A stretch of DNA of 63,304 nucleotides, counting the filler, from Craspedostauros australis (Eukaryota), in the NCBI GenBank assembly GCA_030167865.1. It is 13 parts of 13 records of this genome, joined end to end, with 100 filler letters (N's around TTAATTAATTAA, not from the genome) between each part and the next. Parts side by side here need not be neighbours in the genome. Positions count along the whole stretch, not along the records: positions 42,707 to 49,897 come from JALAGF010005531.1; positions 49,998 to 61,073 come from JALAGF010005532.1; positions 61,174 to 63,304 come from JALAGF010005539.1; 10 more parts are not named here. One strand, written 5' to 3'. Positions 49,151 through 62,230 of the stretch are shown one piece after another. The position numbers and the translations under genes were made by a program. Each line of letters begins with the position of its first letter. Position 1 is the stretch's first letter. Under the pieces are notes generated by a model. It was not told the origin of the DNA and did not search any database. It saw nothing but the letters and a program-made list of their open reading frames with translations.

Positions 49151-49486
49151 TACTGTTGGTGACGGTCGGATGACAGACGGAGACGCAGCAATTTCCCGTC
49201 TCCACAGCGTCTGCAGAGACGACCAGAGCATCCACAAAAATCTCACATCTCGCACATCTCGCACACACACACAACAACACGCATCCGTATCCTCTCCTGA
49301 TTGTCACAAGTTCACTGTAATCCCATGCTGCAGGCCAAGCTCTCTTTTCAGCTGTGCTACAATTATGTATGCAACTCTCTAAGATACTACAGTTAGAATG
49401 TCCACCGTCAATCAGTACAATCAGTACAAGGAAGCTGCTGAATCTTTGGATTGGAGATACTATTTGATGCAGCTATTGTCATTACT

Positions 49487-49897
49487 CTATCGCTGTGTTT
49501 CACGGAGATCATTTTTACGTTGTTGCCAATACAGCGACTCGTATTTTGACCGCTTTGCTGCATGGAAATGTTGTCTGAATTGCTTCATCGGAAACTCCTG
49601 ATAGCATTGTCTCTTTTGATACAACTCCAATGGTTTGAGAGAATTCAAGGATGAATCCTTGAAGTCCTTTCGAAGCATGCTTTGTGCCTCAGAGCCATCC
49701 CATCTGAGTTTTGCAGCTGGCTTTGTGGAAATTGTCATCTTTCGGAAAGCAGCCAGACAATCCTCTGCCTCTGCAGCGTCATCCTTGTGCTGTTTCCACT
49801 TTTTGCGAAGGCGGTTCAGATTGCTGCGGAAGTTGGTGTAGTTCACCTCTGAGAATTCTGCATGGCTTTCGTAGATGGCCTTTGGCTTCATCTCCTC
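49487..49897 (-). CDS. C-terminal part of a diatom-type helical repeat protein (W-x-x-S-x-A...KP..LY...Y..F....FR), possibly transposon-associated
   Basis: Two internal repeats: KPKAIYESHAEFSEVNYTNFRSNL and KPLELYQKRQCYQEFPMKQFRQHF; RWDGSEAQSML. Confidence 0.6.
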   Translation of the reverse strand, partial: EEMKPKAIYESHAEFSEVNYTNFRSNLNRLRKKWKQHKDDAAEAEDCLAAFRKMTISTKPAAKLRWDGSEAQSMLRKDFKDSSLNSLKPLELYQKRQCYQEFPMKQFRQHFHAAKRSKYESLYWQQRKNDLRETQR

Positions 49898-49997
49898 NNN
49901 NNNNNNNNNNNNNNNNNNNNNNNNNNNNNNNNNNNNNNNNNTTAATTAATTAANNNNNNNNNNNNNNNNNNNNNNNNNNNNNNNNNNNNNNNNNNNN

Positions 49998-50997
49998 GAG
50001 ATCGGGTTCGTCGGATGGTTCCGCCTGCTCTCTGATGACATAGCTGAGTGGGATGCCTTTGGCACCAATGATGGCCTCAAGAGTGCTCACCAGTTCATCC
50101 ACCCAGCGTCGCCATTGCGCGCCTGACTTGAGCTGGACACAGAAGGTGTGCGTCAACAGCTTGTCGCCCTTCTTCGTCTGTGTGANNCGCCGGTCGTGCC
50201 GTGCCTTCGCTTCCAGTATCTCGGAAAAGAATTCCTGACGCGTGGTGTCATCGTCGAACTCAACCTCGAGATCCAACCGCACTTGGTCTTGCACCCAATA
50301 CATGAGGGCGATGAGCAGGCGCCTCGTCGCTCTGGAGACATGGAAGGCGTCTTGACCTCTGCGAGAGTACTGGTTGCAAGCGGTGTCAATGGCTTCCGCT
50401 GTCTCATGTTGCAACCCTTCGAGTCCAACGTTCTGCGGCACGAAGTCGTCGCGGACGATGTTGCGGTGGGGAATCGAGTCAAACCCCAACCAGGTGAAGA
50501 TCTGGGTCAGTGTGNNNNNNNNNNNNNNNNNNNNNNNNNNNNNNNNNNNNNNNNNNNNNNNNNNNNNNNNNNNNNNNNNNNNNNNNNNNNNNNTGGATGA
50601 TCAATCCGTGAGTCCGTTGAGCTCCCAAGTGACCTGACTTCTGCGAGCCGTCGCTCCTGCCGTCACTGGTTCCAAATTGCAGAGCGAAGCAACTGATAAA
50701 CCGAATGATTCTGGCTTGCTTGCGTGCTCAGGACGCGAAATGAAGCACTCGCAGGCACACAGATGACAGTCTTCTATTGCTTATTTGTTGTTGGTGTATT
50801 GCTGATACACTCCTTGTTGTGAACCAGATTGTGACCGCACGCCATGAATCCAACAAAGACACATGCTCTGTTTGTTTGTTTTTCCCTTGTGTTGTTTCAG
50901 CCACAAACATTCCGCCTCGGTTGCTTGTGACTGTACGGTCATAGAATCTTTGACCAATACGAGCTACGCGACTCGTTTGACCCTAAAACTTGCTCTT
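49998..50997 (-). mobile_element. CoDi-like copia leader and Gag N-terminal fragment
   Basis: LIALMYWVQD and IIGAKGIPLSYVIRE resemble diatom copia Gag. Confidence 0.65.
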
Positions 50998-51855
50998 CTG
51001 GAGAGTTTCAACTCCCCCAAGCCAACAGAACACATCCACAAGTGATACTGCACTCATTCCAAAGGTGATGTACTTTTTCACAAGTGCAACAACTCAACAC
51101 AAGACAACTGCGAAGGGAATGAAGCACCACGCGAAGCGATCCTCGGTGAGACAGGCACAGCACACGTATTGAAACATAGACCATAAATCAATGCGCTTTG
51201 GACGACAGATTCTGGATTGTCATCCGCTCCTTACTTCAACACGACGACGGAAGCTGGTCACGAAACATCAATTTCCATGATTGTTCTGGAGCTTCCTGCC
51301 TGGCTTTTGGTGGACGACGATGAGAACTGCTTCGTGATGACGAAATCGTGGCGGAAATTGGAACCAAGCCCGTCACAAAATGCCGCATCGGAGAGCAGAA
51401 GCGGACGGGACGGAGTGGCAAAACGCGGATCTGCGTGTGGAGCTGGCTGGGCACATCCTAAAGGCCCAAGCCAGGCAACGCGACGCAAAGTTAGACAAAG
51501 TGAAGTACCGAGAGAGGAGAGGACAGAACAGCAGACAGGGCAACGAAGAGGCATTCGAGACGGCCACAACGAAAGCTCTCTCCCAATAGAGCCGCGCAAT
51601 TGATTTCGTCTTCCGCTCTGTTGCCAAACACTTTCACAAGTTGTCATAATTCGTCACAAGGCACCACATACCATCACAGCCAACACAAGCAGCCGCCCTG
51701 TCGGTTCCTCCATTCATCATTGCGTCCACAATATCGCAGATCTGCTCATCCATCACAAAAGACAGCCAGATCCACCCTTTCCGGCTCAAACAAGGCTACG
51801 ACGACACGCATACAACATACTTCAGACGACGGACAAGCTCATCACGCCACCCACC

Positions 51856-53794
51856 ATGCCATCAGCCATGCTATCACCAGTCTCGCAACAGCAGCCATCG
51901 CAAAGCACTGCATTCTCCACAAACACAACAACAAGCGCAGCCCCGGTGAATGCGACATCCAGCAGCAGCAGCAAAGATGACGATGTCGCAATCCCACGCT
52001 CGGTTGTCGCGGCAGTGAGCAAGTCTTGGGATCAGATCAGGAAGATCCCAAACCACGAGAAGGTGGCAGGTGAACTGCTCTTCCGCAGGTACGTCCTTCA
52101 TGCATCGCGCTGTGTTGTCGATGATGACCGAAATGACCATGGCGGATACTTATCTCGGAGTCATGATACGTACCGTACTTTGCTTCATCTGTTCTGTGCC
52201 TGCGATGTGACCAACGGGACAGGAGGCAACTAAAGGTCATTGAATGGAACGGGAGAAACAACGAATTTCGGCGCCATCAGGTCGACGGCCTTTCGATTCG
52301 GGACATGTCCAGCAGCGACGAGCTTTGGTACCGCCAGCCTCCTTGACTTCATTGTGTAGCGTGAAAAATCTCGCGTTTTCGATCCATTCGTCTATCCATT
52401 CTAACCCCACAGCTATCGGTATATTGCTCTTCGAAATGGTTTGATACTCCTCCATCTGCTATATGATGTGATGCAGACTCTTTGCCGTCGCGCCGGATGC
52501 AGTGCAGATGTTTGGCTTTGGCGGCGGGCTCTTCATGTACCCCTCCTCTTCTTCCAGCACGTACGAGCACTCCATCCCGGATGCCATGTACCGTCATTCC
52601 AAGGCCTTCATCAAGCACTCCACGGGCGTCGTTTCGACCTTGGGCGCGGCGATTGATCTGCTGGCAACGGACCTGGACCTACTCACGGCCACGCTGAAGC
52701 AGCTGGGGGGTCGTCATGCGGCGTACGATCTCCAACCGGCTCATTTCGATATCTTCGGTCAGGCATTGCTGGAGACGCTGGAGGGGGCGTTGGGAGTGGA
52801 GGAATGGACCGCGGAGATGGAGCACGCATGGAAGGCAGTTTTTGCGGTCGTTTCGACGACCATGATGGAAGGCGCGCAAGAAGTCCAGCAAAGAAATCGA
52901 CGGCGGCAGCAGGAACGCAAAAGTCAGACGCGTCCATCGCGATCGTCCAAGCCCAATGTACATGGCGGGCATAGCAGCTCCAGCATAGGTAGCAACAGCA
53001 GCCGGCAGAGCCGCTCCCGTCTGTCTGGAGAGTCGTCGGCGATGTCATCGAAGTCGCAGCCGTACCATCACCGATCATCGACCCGCGACTCCATCCATCA
53101 CGAAAGCTTCGCTAGCGCTGCCACGCACGATTCTCAGAACAAGCAGTTCGGCAGACGATCCAGCATGGCATCGTACCACAGCGTCAGCTCGACCTCCGCA
53201 TGCACGTACCTGTCAACATCGGAGGAGGAGCTGGCCTTCCATGCTGCCGGTCCGGAGGCCGGGGCCCTGCTCGCCTCGTCCAATATCCTCCAAGATATCC
53301 ACGCAACCTGGAGTCAGGTCAAGAAGATCCCCGACTACGAGAACCTCATTGGCCAGAACCTCTTCCAGAACATCTTCGATCTCGCCCCTGGCATCGAGCA
53401 GATGTTCCCGGGTGCTCACCACACCAGCGGCCAGGAAGCTGATCATGCCGCCATCTTTGTGGATCCCGCCTTCATGGTGCACACACGCAACGTGGTCCGG
53501 ATGGTGGATGCTGTCACCAATATCATCGGCCTCGATCTGGAGCCCGCCGTTGAGCTTTTGCTCGATCTCGGCAAGCGACACGCCCAGTACGACGTCAAGC
53601 CGCAGCATGTACCCATCGTCGGACAGGCGATGCTGAAGACGTTGGAAATGGGGCTTGGTGATGCTTGGACGCCGCCCGTCCAGCAGAGCTGGACGACGTT
53701 GTTTGTCTTCCTTGCGTCCACCATGATCAAGGGGATACAACGGCACGAAGATGAGCAAAAGGCATCGACCAGTGATGACGACTGGGCAGCTTGA
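51856..53794 (+). CDS. Two-domain globin, 516 aa; exons 51856-52088 and 52477-53794
   Basis: GT at 52089 and AG at 52475-76; splicing gives SWDQI...GELLFRRLFAVAPDAVQMF; both domains have CD1 Phe, E7 His (FIKHS, FMVHT) and F8 His (LGGRH, LGKRH); ccaccATG start. Confidence 0.92.
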
Positions 53795-54789
53795 GTCTTC
53801 CGGGTAACTCGCGGGGTCACTTCCGAAGTTGCTGCTGGAGGGGAACGGCACCCGCGATTTTTGAACTTGGTCGAACTCGTCAGCCAGCGAGTCGACCTGC
53901 GCTTTATTTTTGACCTCCAGAAATTTTATCCCGTACATCCAAACCAAGTGCATATTCGTAATCCTCGTAGTCTCTTCATACAAAGCCCTAACATTTTTTA
54001 GTTTCATCTGTTTTTAAGTTTTATGGATATTCAAAGAAATTCTGAAGTCATATGGGTCGAACCCCACCAAATTCCTAGTTGTTTCGCTGAAGTTCTATGA
54101 TGTTCGCGTAAATTCATCGAAAGGTACCCCGAAGATGTCGTTCGTTTGGTACGGGATGAGCACAAGAACGAGTTCCGAGATCATACGGGTCGGAACGTCT
54201 GTCAGTCGACCGTTGCGGTCATCTGGTCTTGTGCAATGACTCCTACGTGCCAACGGTGTAGCGGTTACGTCCGTGAGCATGTGTCAGCAACAGAATCCTC
54301 TCAGAGCAGGAGAGAACACACAATTTCGAGGACCGCAGCTCGAAGCAGCAGCAACAACAACAACAGTTGGAAATCCGGGGTACCCCAGTCTCTAGTAGTA
54401 GTATCTGGTTACCTATTCATGTTATTGCATTGTTGGAACTGTGAGTACAACATCTTCATCACTTTCAATTCCATTTGCCAAAGCATACATATTCCACAGT
54501 AGCACACAGTCTTGCCCTTGCTCATGCAGTGCTGTCCTCCTGCTTCATCATGTCATGCAGCATGCACTCCATGTACATCTCATCTTGCAGTATTGGTTCA
54601 TCTCATCATGCATCTCATCATGCATCTCAGATATTCCATCCCCTGCCATCTACCAATAGTTTTGTTAGCATAGACATTGCCGAGTCGTAGGCGTCACACA
54701 GCTTGGTCCATTCGATCGGATCAGGGTCTCCCATTCGTCACAGGAGCACCCTGGATGGGGCTCTCTCAGCTCCTCATCGTCACACATCT

Positions 54790-55290
54790 CCGATCATCTC
54801 CGATGCTTCTCCGATCGTTTCTCCCATTACTTTGCCCATCACTTCACTGGCTTCCTGGAGGTTCCTCATCAACAGGTTCGTTCACAGGCCATCTCACACT
54901 TCGTGACATCGGCCTTCCTCCAGTACTCTTTTTCATTGGTTGCGACATGGGGGCCGTAGTCGCGTGTATCATGATGTTGGTCACGATTCCAACATCCCTG
55001 CCCCCTGCGACATACACATGTGATTGGCATTCCTGCATTGAGGTCACGGACACCATAGTCCGGTTCGCATTCGGCACGTGGCGTTCTCCATCATCAGAAC
55101 ACGTGCAGCTCACATTTTCTGTCACAAAGATCCACAGGTGGGGCGTTGCGGTAATGCAGCGTATCATGACATTCGACTCCTGACTCTTGACTTCTTGGGA
55201 GGTGCGGTAATGTAGAATTACACAGTGCTCAACTCCCACATTCTTGGGAGGTGCGGCAATTTGGTGTTTCACAACACCCGATTCCTGACA
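54790..55290 (-). repeat. LTR-like family B, inverted relative to 9481
   Basis: Ends cacccgattcctgaca, the revcomp of the 9481 start. Confidence 0.75.
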
Positions 55291-55859
55291 TATCCCACAT
55301 TCAAGGAGGACAAGTACTTCTCATCATTCATCCGACAATTGAAGGCATTGACCTCCACTCATGGTGTGCTTGAGGTATTGGACTTTGCATAAAAGCCCAC
55401 TACTCTTGCAGAGACTGGCAAGTTCACCAAGCAGAACACATTCATGTGGACTGTATTTGTGACATGTCTCAAGACCACCAAGAGCCGCTGTTGCATTGAA
55501 CCCTTCGAAGAGAACATGGATGCGCAGGCTGCATATGCCATGTTACTTGAAGAGCATACCACAGGAGCAACTGCAATCACCGCCTCTAAGGACCGCAGGG
55601 AAGAGATCCTTGCATTCAAGCTTGACCGAGAATGGCGCAAGAGCCAAGAGAAGTTTCTCGACGTCTGGGAACAAAAGGTCAATGAACTTGACAAGATCCA
55701 GACAGACCGTATCCCTGATGACCGGAAGAAAGAATTGCTCAAGTCAGCCATCGAACCAGATGAAGGATTATATCTGGCCCTCTTTCAGTCGGGATTCCTT
55801 GAAACATCTATCCTCATGATGTCCAAGGGCAGAGCACCCATCGATCCACACATCAAGTT

Positions 55860-56650
55860 TGTTGGCAAGTTCCGCTCACGGTAACCTACGATCGTGGAAG
55901 ATGGTGTTGGTTGATAGTCGTCTGTTTGCTATTTCATTACGTTGGCACTCCGATACTCTTGGTGTCCGTTCGTTCTCTTGCCCGATGCTCTCGGTGCTTC
56001 AATCTGTTTCGTAGATTCAGTCTCCGACTACGAGTCGGTACGCGAGATCCTCTCTCGCTCCTCTCTGTATTCTCTCTCTCTCTCTCAACATCGTGTGCTC
56101 GTGCTACACGATACTCCGTGTTCGATGCATACTCCGCATTCGACACTCCGTTCGTTCAGTACTGGTTCCTACTCCATGAGTACTTACCATTTGAAGTTCA
56201 CTTTCAGTATCCATGATCTTCATGGGTCATTGCATCTTCACCTCCTGCTCTGACTTGGAGACAGCTGTCGACGTGGTAACATGTTGACATCCTGTCGACG
56301 TCAGTAGGCGTCCTTCTGCTCTCCAGATGTCACGTTCCATTGGTGATGCAGCAGNNNNNNNNNNNATATCGTCATCTGAGGTTTAGTTGGGAAGTACCTC
56401 GAGATTCTCTTGGTACCATTGATGCATGGACGGACGATCTTCTGATTCTCCCAGAAATCGTTATTTGCGAATTTTCTCCAGAAATCTTGCCCCTTTTCGT
56501 GTGTTCCATTTCCATTGTAATTCTGAGGAATCACAGCATATTATCGACACGAGTGTAGTTATACCGTCCAAGTGCGTATGAGAGAATAGCGGGTGAACGA
56601 TGCACATATACACGTACATCTTGACATATACTCACATGTACATCTCGACA
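55860..56650. mobile_element. Solo LTR family A with 6-bp TSD CAAGTT
   Basis: TGTTGG...TCGACA; caagtt at 55854-59 and 56651-56. Confidence 0.9.
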
Positions 56651-56851
56651 CAAGTTCACCAACTTGTTGGAACTCATCCGGAGCTATGCTAAACGTCTTG
56701 ATCATGCGAGCCCTCGCCGCAAGCCACGACGTAACGTCGACAACTCTCACAAGACCTACACCTCCGGCAATGACAAGGGATGGGACAGGGACATGGATCA
56801 CGCAAAGGAGAGCCGCGCCCACATTCCCAATGATGAGTGGACCAAGATGTG

Positions 56852-57641
56852 CGTTGGCAAGTTCCGCTCACGGTAACCTATGATCGTGGAAGATAGTGTT
56901 GGTTGATAGTCGTCTGTTTGCTATTTCATTAGTTGGCTACTCCGATCCTCTTGGTGTACGCCGTTCTCTTGTCCGATGCTCTCGGCGCTTCAATCTGTTT
57001 TGTAGATTCAGTCTCCGACTATGAGTCGGTACGCGAGATCCTCTCTCGCTCCTCTCTGTATTCTCTCTCTCTCTCTCAACATCGTGTGCTCGTGCTACAC
57101 GATACTCCGTGTTCGATGCATACTCCGCATTCGACACTCCGTTCGTTCAGTACTGGTTCCTACTCCATGAGTACTTACCATTTGAAGTTCACCTTCAGTA
57201 TCCATGATCTTCATGGGTCATTGCATCTTCACCTCCTGCTCTGACTTGGAGACAGCTGTCGACGTGGTAACATGTTGACATCCTGTCGACGTCAGTAGGC
57301 GTCCTTCTGCTCTCCAGATGTCACGTTCCATTGGTGATGCAGCAGTCCGTCAGATCATATCGTCATCTGAGGTTTAGTTGGGAAGTACCTCGAGATTCTC
57401 TTGGTACCATTGATGCATGGACGGACGATCTTCTGATTCTCCCAGAAATCGTTATGTGCGAATTTTCTCCAGAAATCTTGCCCCTTTTCGTGTGTTCCAT
57501 TTCCGTTGTAATTCTGAGGAATCACAGCATATTATCGACACGAGTGTAGTTATACCGTCCAAGTGCGTATGAGAGAATAGCGGGTGAACGATGCACATAT
57601 ACACGTACATCTTGACGTATACTCACATGTACATCTCGACA
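56852..57641. mobile_element. Solo LTR family A with 6-bp TSD GATGTG
   Basis: CGTTGG...TCGACA; gatgtg at 56846-51 and 57642-47; very similar to the 55860 copy. Confidence 0.9.
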
Positions 57642-57761
57642 GATGTGATTTGAGCAGCGCCAGGCATTCCTCATCGGCAAGGGAAGATGGGACGAGAACT
57701 GGGAGAAGGGAAGGAACCATTGTTCTGCCAACAAGGTGGGATCCAAGGGACCATCTAAGAG

Positions 57762-57971
57762 TTTTGGCAAGTTCCAGACCTCAGATGCCTACAATTGTGG
57801 AAGATGGTGCTGGTTGATAGTTGTTTGTTTGCTATTTCATTAGTTGAGCACACGGATACTCTTGGTGTCTCCGTTCTCTTGCCCAATGCTCTTGGCGCGT
57901 TTGTCTATCTTGTAGATTGGATCGTCCGCCTATGAGCCGGCATGCGAGATGCTCTCTCGCTAAACTTTGTA

Positions 57972-58002
<31 letters not shown>

Positions 58003-58584
58003 AATATCGTGTACTCGTGCTACACAATACCTTGCGTTCGATGCATACTCCGCATTCAACACTCCGTTCATTCACTACTGGTTCCTACTCCATGAGTGCT
58101 TACCATTTGAACTTCACCTCTTGTATCCGTGATCTTGATGCCCTTTGGTCATCCGATCTTTACCTTCTGCTTCTGACATGGAGACAGATGTCGACGTGGT
58201 GACACGATGACATCCTGTCGATGTCAGTAGGCGTCCTTCTGCTCTCCAGATGTCACGTTCCGTTGATGATGCAATGGTCTCTCACATGATATTGTCATCT
58301 GGGGTTTAGTTGGGAGGTACCTCAAGATTCGCTTGGTACCATACGTTTCCATTGATGGATGGACGGACGATGTTCCTGATTCTCTCAGAAATCGTCGATT
58401 GCAAATTTCCTCCAGAAATTCTGCTCATTTTCGTGTGTTCCATTTCCACTGTAATTCTGACGAATCACAGCATACTATTGACACGAATGTAGTTGTACCG
58501 TCCAAGTGCTTATGAGAGAATAACGGGTGAACGATGCACATATACATGTACATATCGACATATACTCACATGTACATCTCAACA
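57762..58584. mobile_element. Third, more diverged LTR family A copy, no TSD
   Basis: TTTTGGCAAGTTCC...CTCAACA, collinear with the two copies upstream. Confidence 0.85.
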
Positions 58585-58869
58585 AAGGTAGGTACATGCC
58601 AATGGATGATGTAAGTATGCAATATAGCTGGTTCGACCCTCTACTTAAAAGGACTCATCAACAACATTATTAACTGGAGTACTCTACACTGTTGTACAGG
58701 GACACGGTTGATGTGTTCACTTCGTGGCTAAACTAATATTTTTGATGTTGTCGCAGTGATACGCCGGCCATTTCAGTCATCCAATCATCGTGCAAGGCAC
58801 CAAAACGACCTGGTGAGTGAATTTCCTCAAAACATCCTCCTACGCATTGGCGCGCCACTGTGTGACAAC

Positions 58870-58952
58870 AGAGAGTTATCGCATGTAACTTTAATGAGTC
58901 CCGGGGTACAAAATAACCTGATAGAGATATTTTTCGGGGGGTACGGGCGAGC
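58870..58952 (+). mobile_element. Left end of a second Pangu-like element
   Basis: agagagttatcgcat...gagtccc...acctgatagaga.atttt..ggggg mirrors 22319-22408; no partner end in this contig. Confidence 0.65.
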
Positions 58953-59804
58953 CAGCCACTCCTTGGATTTACATGCCATGCGTTTTGAAGCTTTTATTTT
59001 ACATGCCATGTAACTTCAACAGTCCCGCCAAATGAGAACTCCACGCGGAAGTAACGTGAATTGACAATTTGTTACCCAATCATAGTCGTACACTTCTGCT
59101 CTATTCGCATCTTCATCGTTCTTGAGTTTGCCTTGTTTCTTTTTTAGATTTGCGTCGATGCGAACGGTTCGACCCAATTTTCGTGGTCGAAAGGATTGTG
59201 TTTCTCCGCGCGTCCTTCGTTGCGTCTGTTGGTACGGCTGCCACAAAATCGCGGGCAGATGGCGCGAAAACGAACAAAACAACAACAAGCCGGTTGCGAC
59301 GTCTTCTCTGCCCATGTTCAGCCTGAACATCCAATCGCATCCTTCGTGCACACATACGATGGTATCCGCAGCGCGAACTGTTCATGTGCAATTGTAATCC
59401 ATCGTCGTCATCCTCATCATCCTCGCCGCCATGCCTGTGAACGTCCGGTTCATGCTTTCCAAGATGCACGGAGGAGGGCACGCGCATTCCTCCAACCAGT
59501 CCATGGTACTCCCCATCGTCACTAGCAGCAGCATCCGCGCGCAACACGCCAACTTATTCTCTTGATGGCCATGGTCACGGCCACCACTATTGCCACCACT
59601 GCCATCAACATCGTCACAACATCGGCTGCTTGTGCAATCGATGGCTGGCGGAATGCAAAAATTATGCGCGGATTTGACGCTGGAATCCTCTGTCCTTTGC
59701 TGTCCATGAAATGATCATCATCCCTGTTGCAACACAAAATGACAGCCTGCGCCGATCAAGTGCGGATTGAAACACGCGCGCCCCTCTTTGCATACCATCA
59801 TCAT

Positions 59805-60701
59805 AATTTGCAACGCCATCATCAGCGACGCCATCATCAGCGACTCCATCATTTGCGACGTTATTATCAGCAACGCCATCAATTGCAACGCCATCATCAG
59901 CGATGCCATCAACAGTGACGCCATAATTTGCGACGCCATCATCAGCAACGCCATCATCAGCGATGCCATAATTTGCGACGCCATCATCTGTGATGCCATC
60001 ATTTGCGACGCCATCAATTGCAACGCCATCATCAGTGACGCCATAATTTGCGACGCCATCATCAGCGATGCCATAATTTGCGACACTATCATTTGTGACG
60101 ATATCATCAGCGACGCCATCATTTGCGACGTTATTATCAGCAACGCCATCATCAGCGACGCCATCATTTGCGACGTTATTATCAGCAACGCCATCATCAG
60201 CAACGCCATCATCAGCAACGCCATCATCAGCGACTCCATCATCAGCGATGCCATCATCAGCAACGCCATCATCAGCAACGCCATCATCAGCAACGCCACC
60301 ATTTGCGACGTTGTTATCAGCAACGCCATCAGCAGCAACGCCATCAGCAGCGACTCCATCATCCGCAACGCCATCAACAGTGACGCCATCATCAGCGATG
60401 CCATCATCCGCAACGCCATCAACAGTGACGCCATCATCAGCGATGCCATCATCAGCAACGCTATCATCAGCGACTCCATCATTTGCGACGCCATCATCAG
60501 CGATGCCATCATTTGCGAAACTATCATTTGCGACGTTATTATCAGCGACGCCATCATCAGCAAAGCCATCATCAGCAACGCCATCAGCAGCGACGCCATC
60601 ATCAGCAACGCCATCATCTGCGACGTTATTATCAGAGACGCCATCATTTGCAACGCCATCATCAGCGACGCCATCATCAGCAACGCCATCATTTGCGACG
60701 T
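59805..60701. repeat. 15-bp minisatellite (gccatcatcagcRac variants), about 59 units
   Basis: Strict 15-bp phase; translates as (DDGVA)n, (DAIIS)n, (ATPSS)n or (MMASL)n depending on frame. Confidence 0.95.
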
Positions 60702-62230
60702 TTATCAACATCTAGATCGAAATTAGGTACCCATCTCCCATGACTGAAACGTGATTCACTATTTTTGATTCGACTCGATTTGAGAGTATAGTCGAGTGAG
60801 TCTTGATACACGATTGATATTCGGTCACTACGGTCATCGAACATGACGTAGGCACTGACATCATCATATGACGTCAGAGGATCGGTCATTGTGATCCTCG
60901 GAATCGAGATTATATTTTAGTCATGGTATGCTGACCTGTCTAGCCTAGCTGAGTGCATCATCAAGCACGTGGCAACAACATTTAGGATTCAGAACAACAT
61001 CGTCAGAGGTGATGCATGCACCTTGTCGACGTAGACGGATCAATCCATATGTGATCAAACAGAGATCAAGATTNNNNNNNNNNNNNNNNNNNNNNNNNNN
61101 NNNNNNNNNNNNNNNNNTTAATTAATTAANNNNNNNNNNNNNNNNNNNNNNNNNNNNNNNNNNNNNNNNNNNNTTGGTTTTGGCCTGTGTGTGGCACACA
61201 CAGGCCATATCAGCACCTATGGATGCACAAGATGCCTCAAGGAGGCCAAGACAAAGGCACCCTCGAAGTTTGAGGCTCGCGGAGCACCGGGAAGGTGTCC
61301 GCGCGGAGGCAAAGGTGGTTTTGAGGAGTTTTGGTTGGGGCTCGCCTGGCACCGGTCGCGTGGCTTTGGCGGTGAGGGGCGATGGGACGACGCCCCTCAA
61401 TCGCCAAGCCACCCATACAAGGTGCGTGCGACATCAATTGAAGATGCACGTCGTGAAGTGTGCGCCATGGATATGGTCTACAAGAGGCTGCAGCTGACCA
61501 TATCTGCAGAATGGTCGTTGCTGGTGGGAGCAAAAAATACACCACCACATCATCATCTGGAGGTGTACCACGTCGGCCATGCACTCCCATCCCATTCTGG
61601 ATGCATCCGCGTGTCGCCATGGAGTGTGGGAATGCACGAGGAGCGCTTGGAGGTGCTGAAAGGATCGTATGGACGAGATACGGATCCAAATCTGCATCAC
61701 AAGCTGATTGAAACCGTTTTTTGGAAATCACTCTGTTTCAGTGCGTGGATGCATTGCTGCATGCAGAGCCGATGTCTGTGGCCATCCTTCATGGAGCGGA
61801 TAGCTGGGGGGTATGCAGAGCGAATGGTATGCACAGTTTTCTGAAATACAAGGATGATGATGATGATCATGTGTGCTCATTGGAGGGCAACATTGTGGCA
61901 TCAGCATTTTTTCCGAATCCGCCACACAAAACACAGCAAACCAACATGACTTCCAAAATATTTTCTATACTCATTTAACTTCGATATTCTGATTAAACAA
62001 TAGTCAGGCGTCAGAATGCAATGTTTAGATTTAATTTTAAGCGATGTCTTGTTGAGATATAGCATGACAAGCAGATATTGGATGTGTTTTTTGGATGGCC
62101 TCTAGACTCGTTGTAGTAGCATGGCCTGCCNNNNNNNNNNNNNNNNNNNNNNNNNNNNNNNNNNNNNNNNNNNNNNNNNNNNNNNNNNNNNNNNNNNNNN
62201 NNNNNNNNNNNNNNNNNNNNNNNNNNNNNN

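Larger units (their letters stand above)
55291..57761 (+). pseudogene. Copia gag relic split by two solo LTRs
   Basis: Removing each LTR plus one TSD restores the frame: QNTFMWTVF...DAQAAY...PHIKF|TNLLELIRSYAK...IPNDEWTKM|*FEQRQAFL. Confidence 0.8.

Noticed and set aside
52502..53794. Globin starting at GTG 52502, with 51856-52233 as a separate gene
   Set aside because: The A and B helices are in the upstream exon and splicing joins them in frame
59718..60743. Overlapping ORFs of 200-350 aa as separate genes
   Set aside because: A by-product of a stop-poor 15-bp repeat; at most one frame could be real
4207..61129. Recurring TTAATTAATTAA as a biological motif or piggyBac target, and gene neighbourhoods spanning it
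   Set aside because: Always embedded in uniform N blocks; an artificial six-frame-stop spacer, so adjacency across it is meaningless
61191..61844. 217-aa ORF
   Set aside because: No recognisable motif; appears to be decayed sequence at a contig edge
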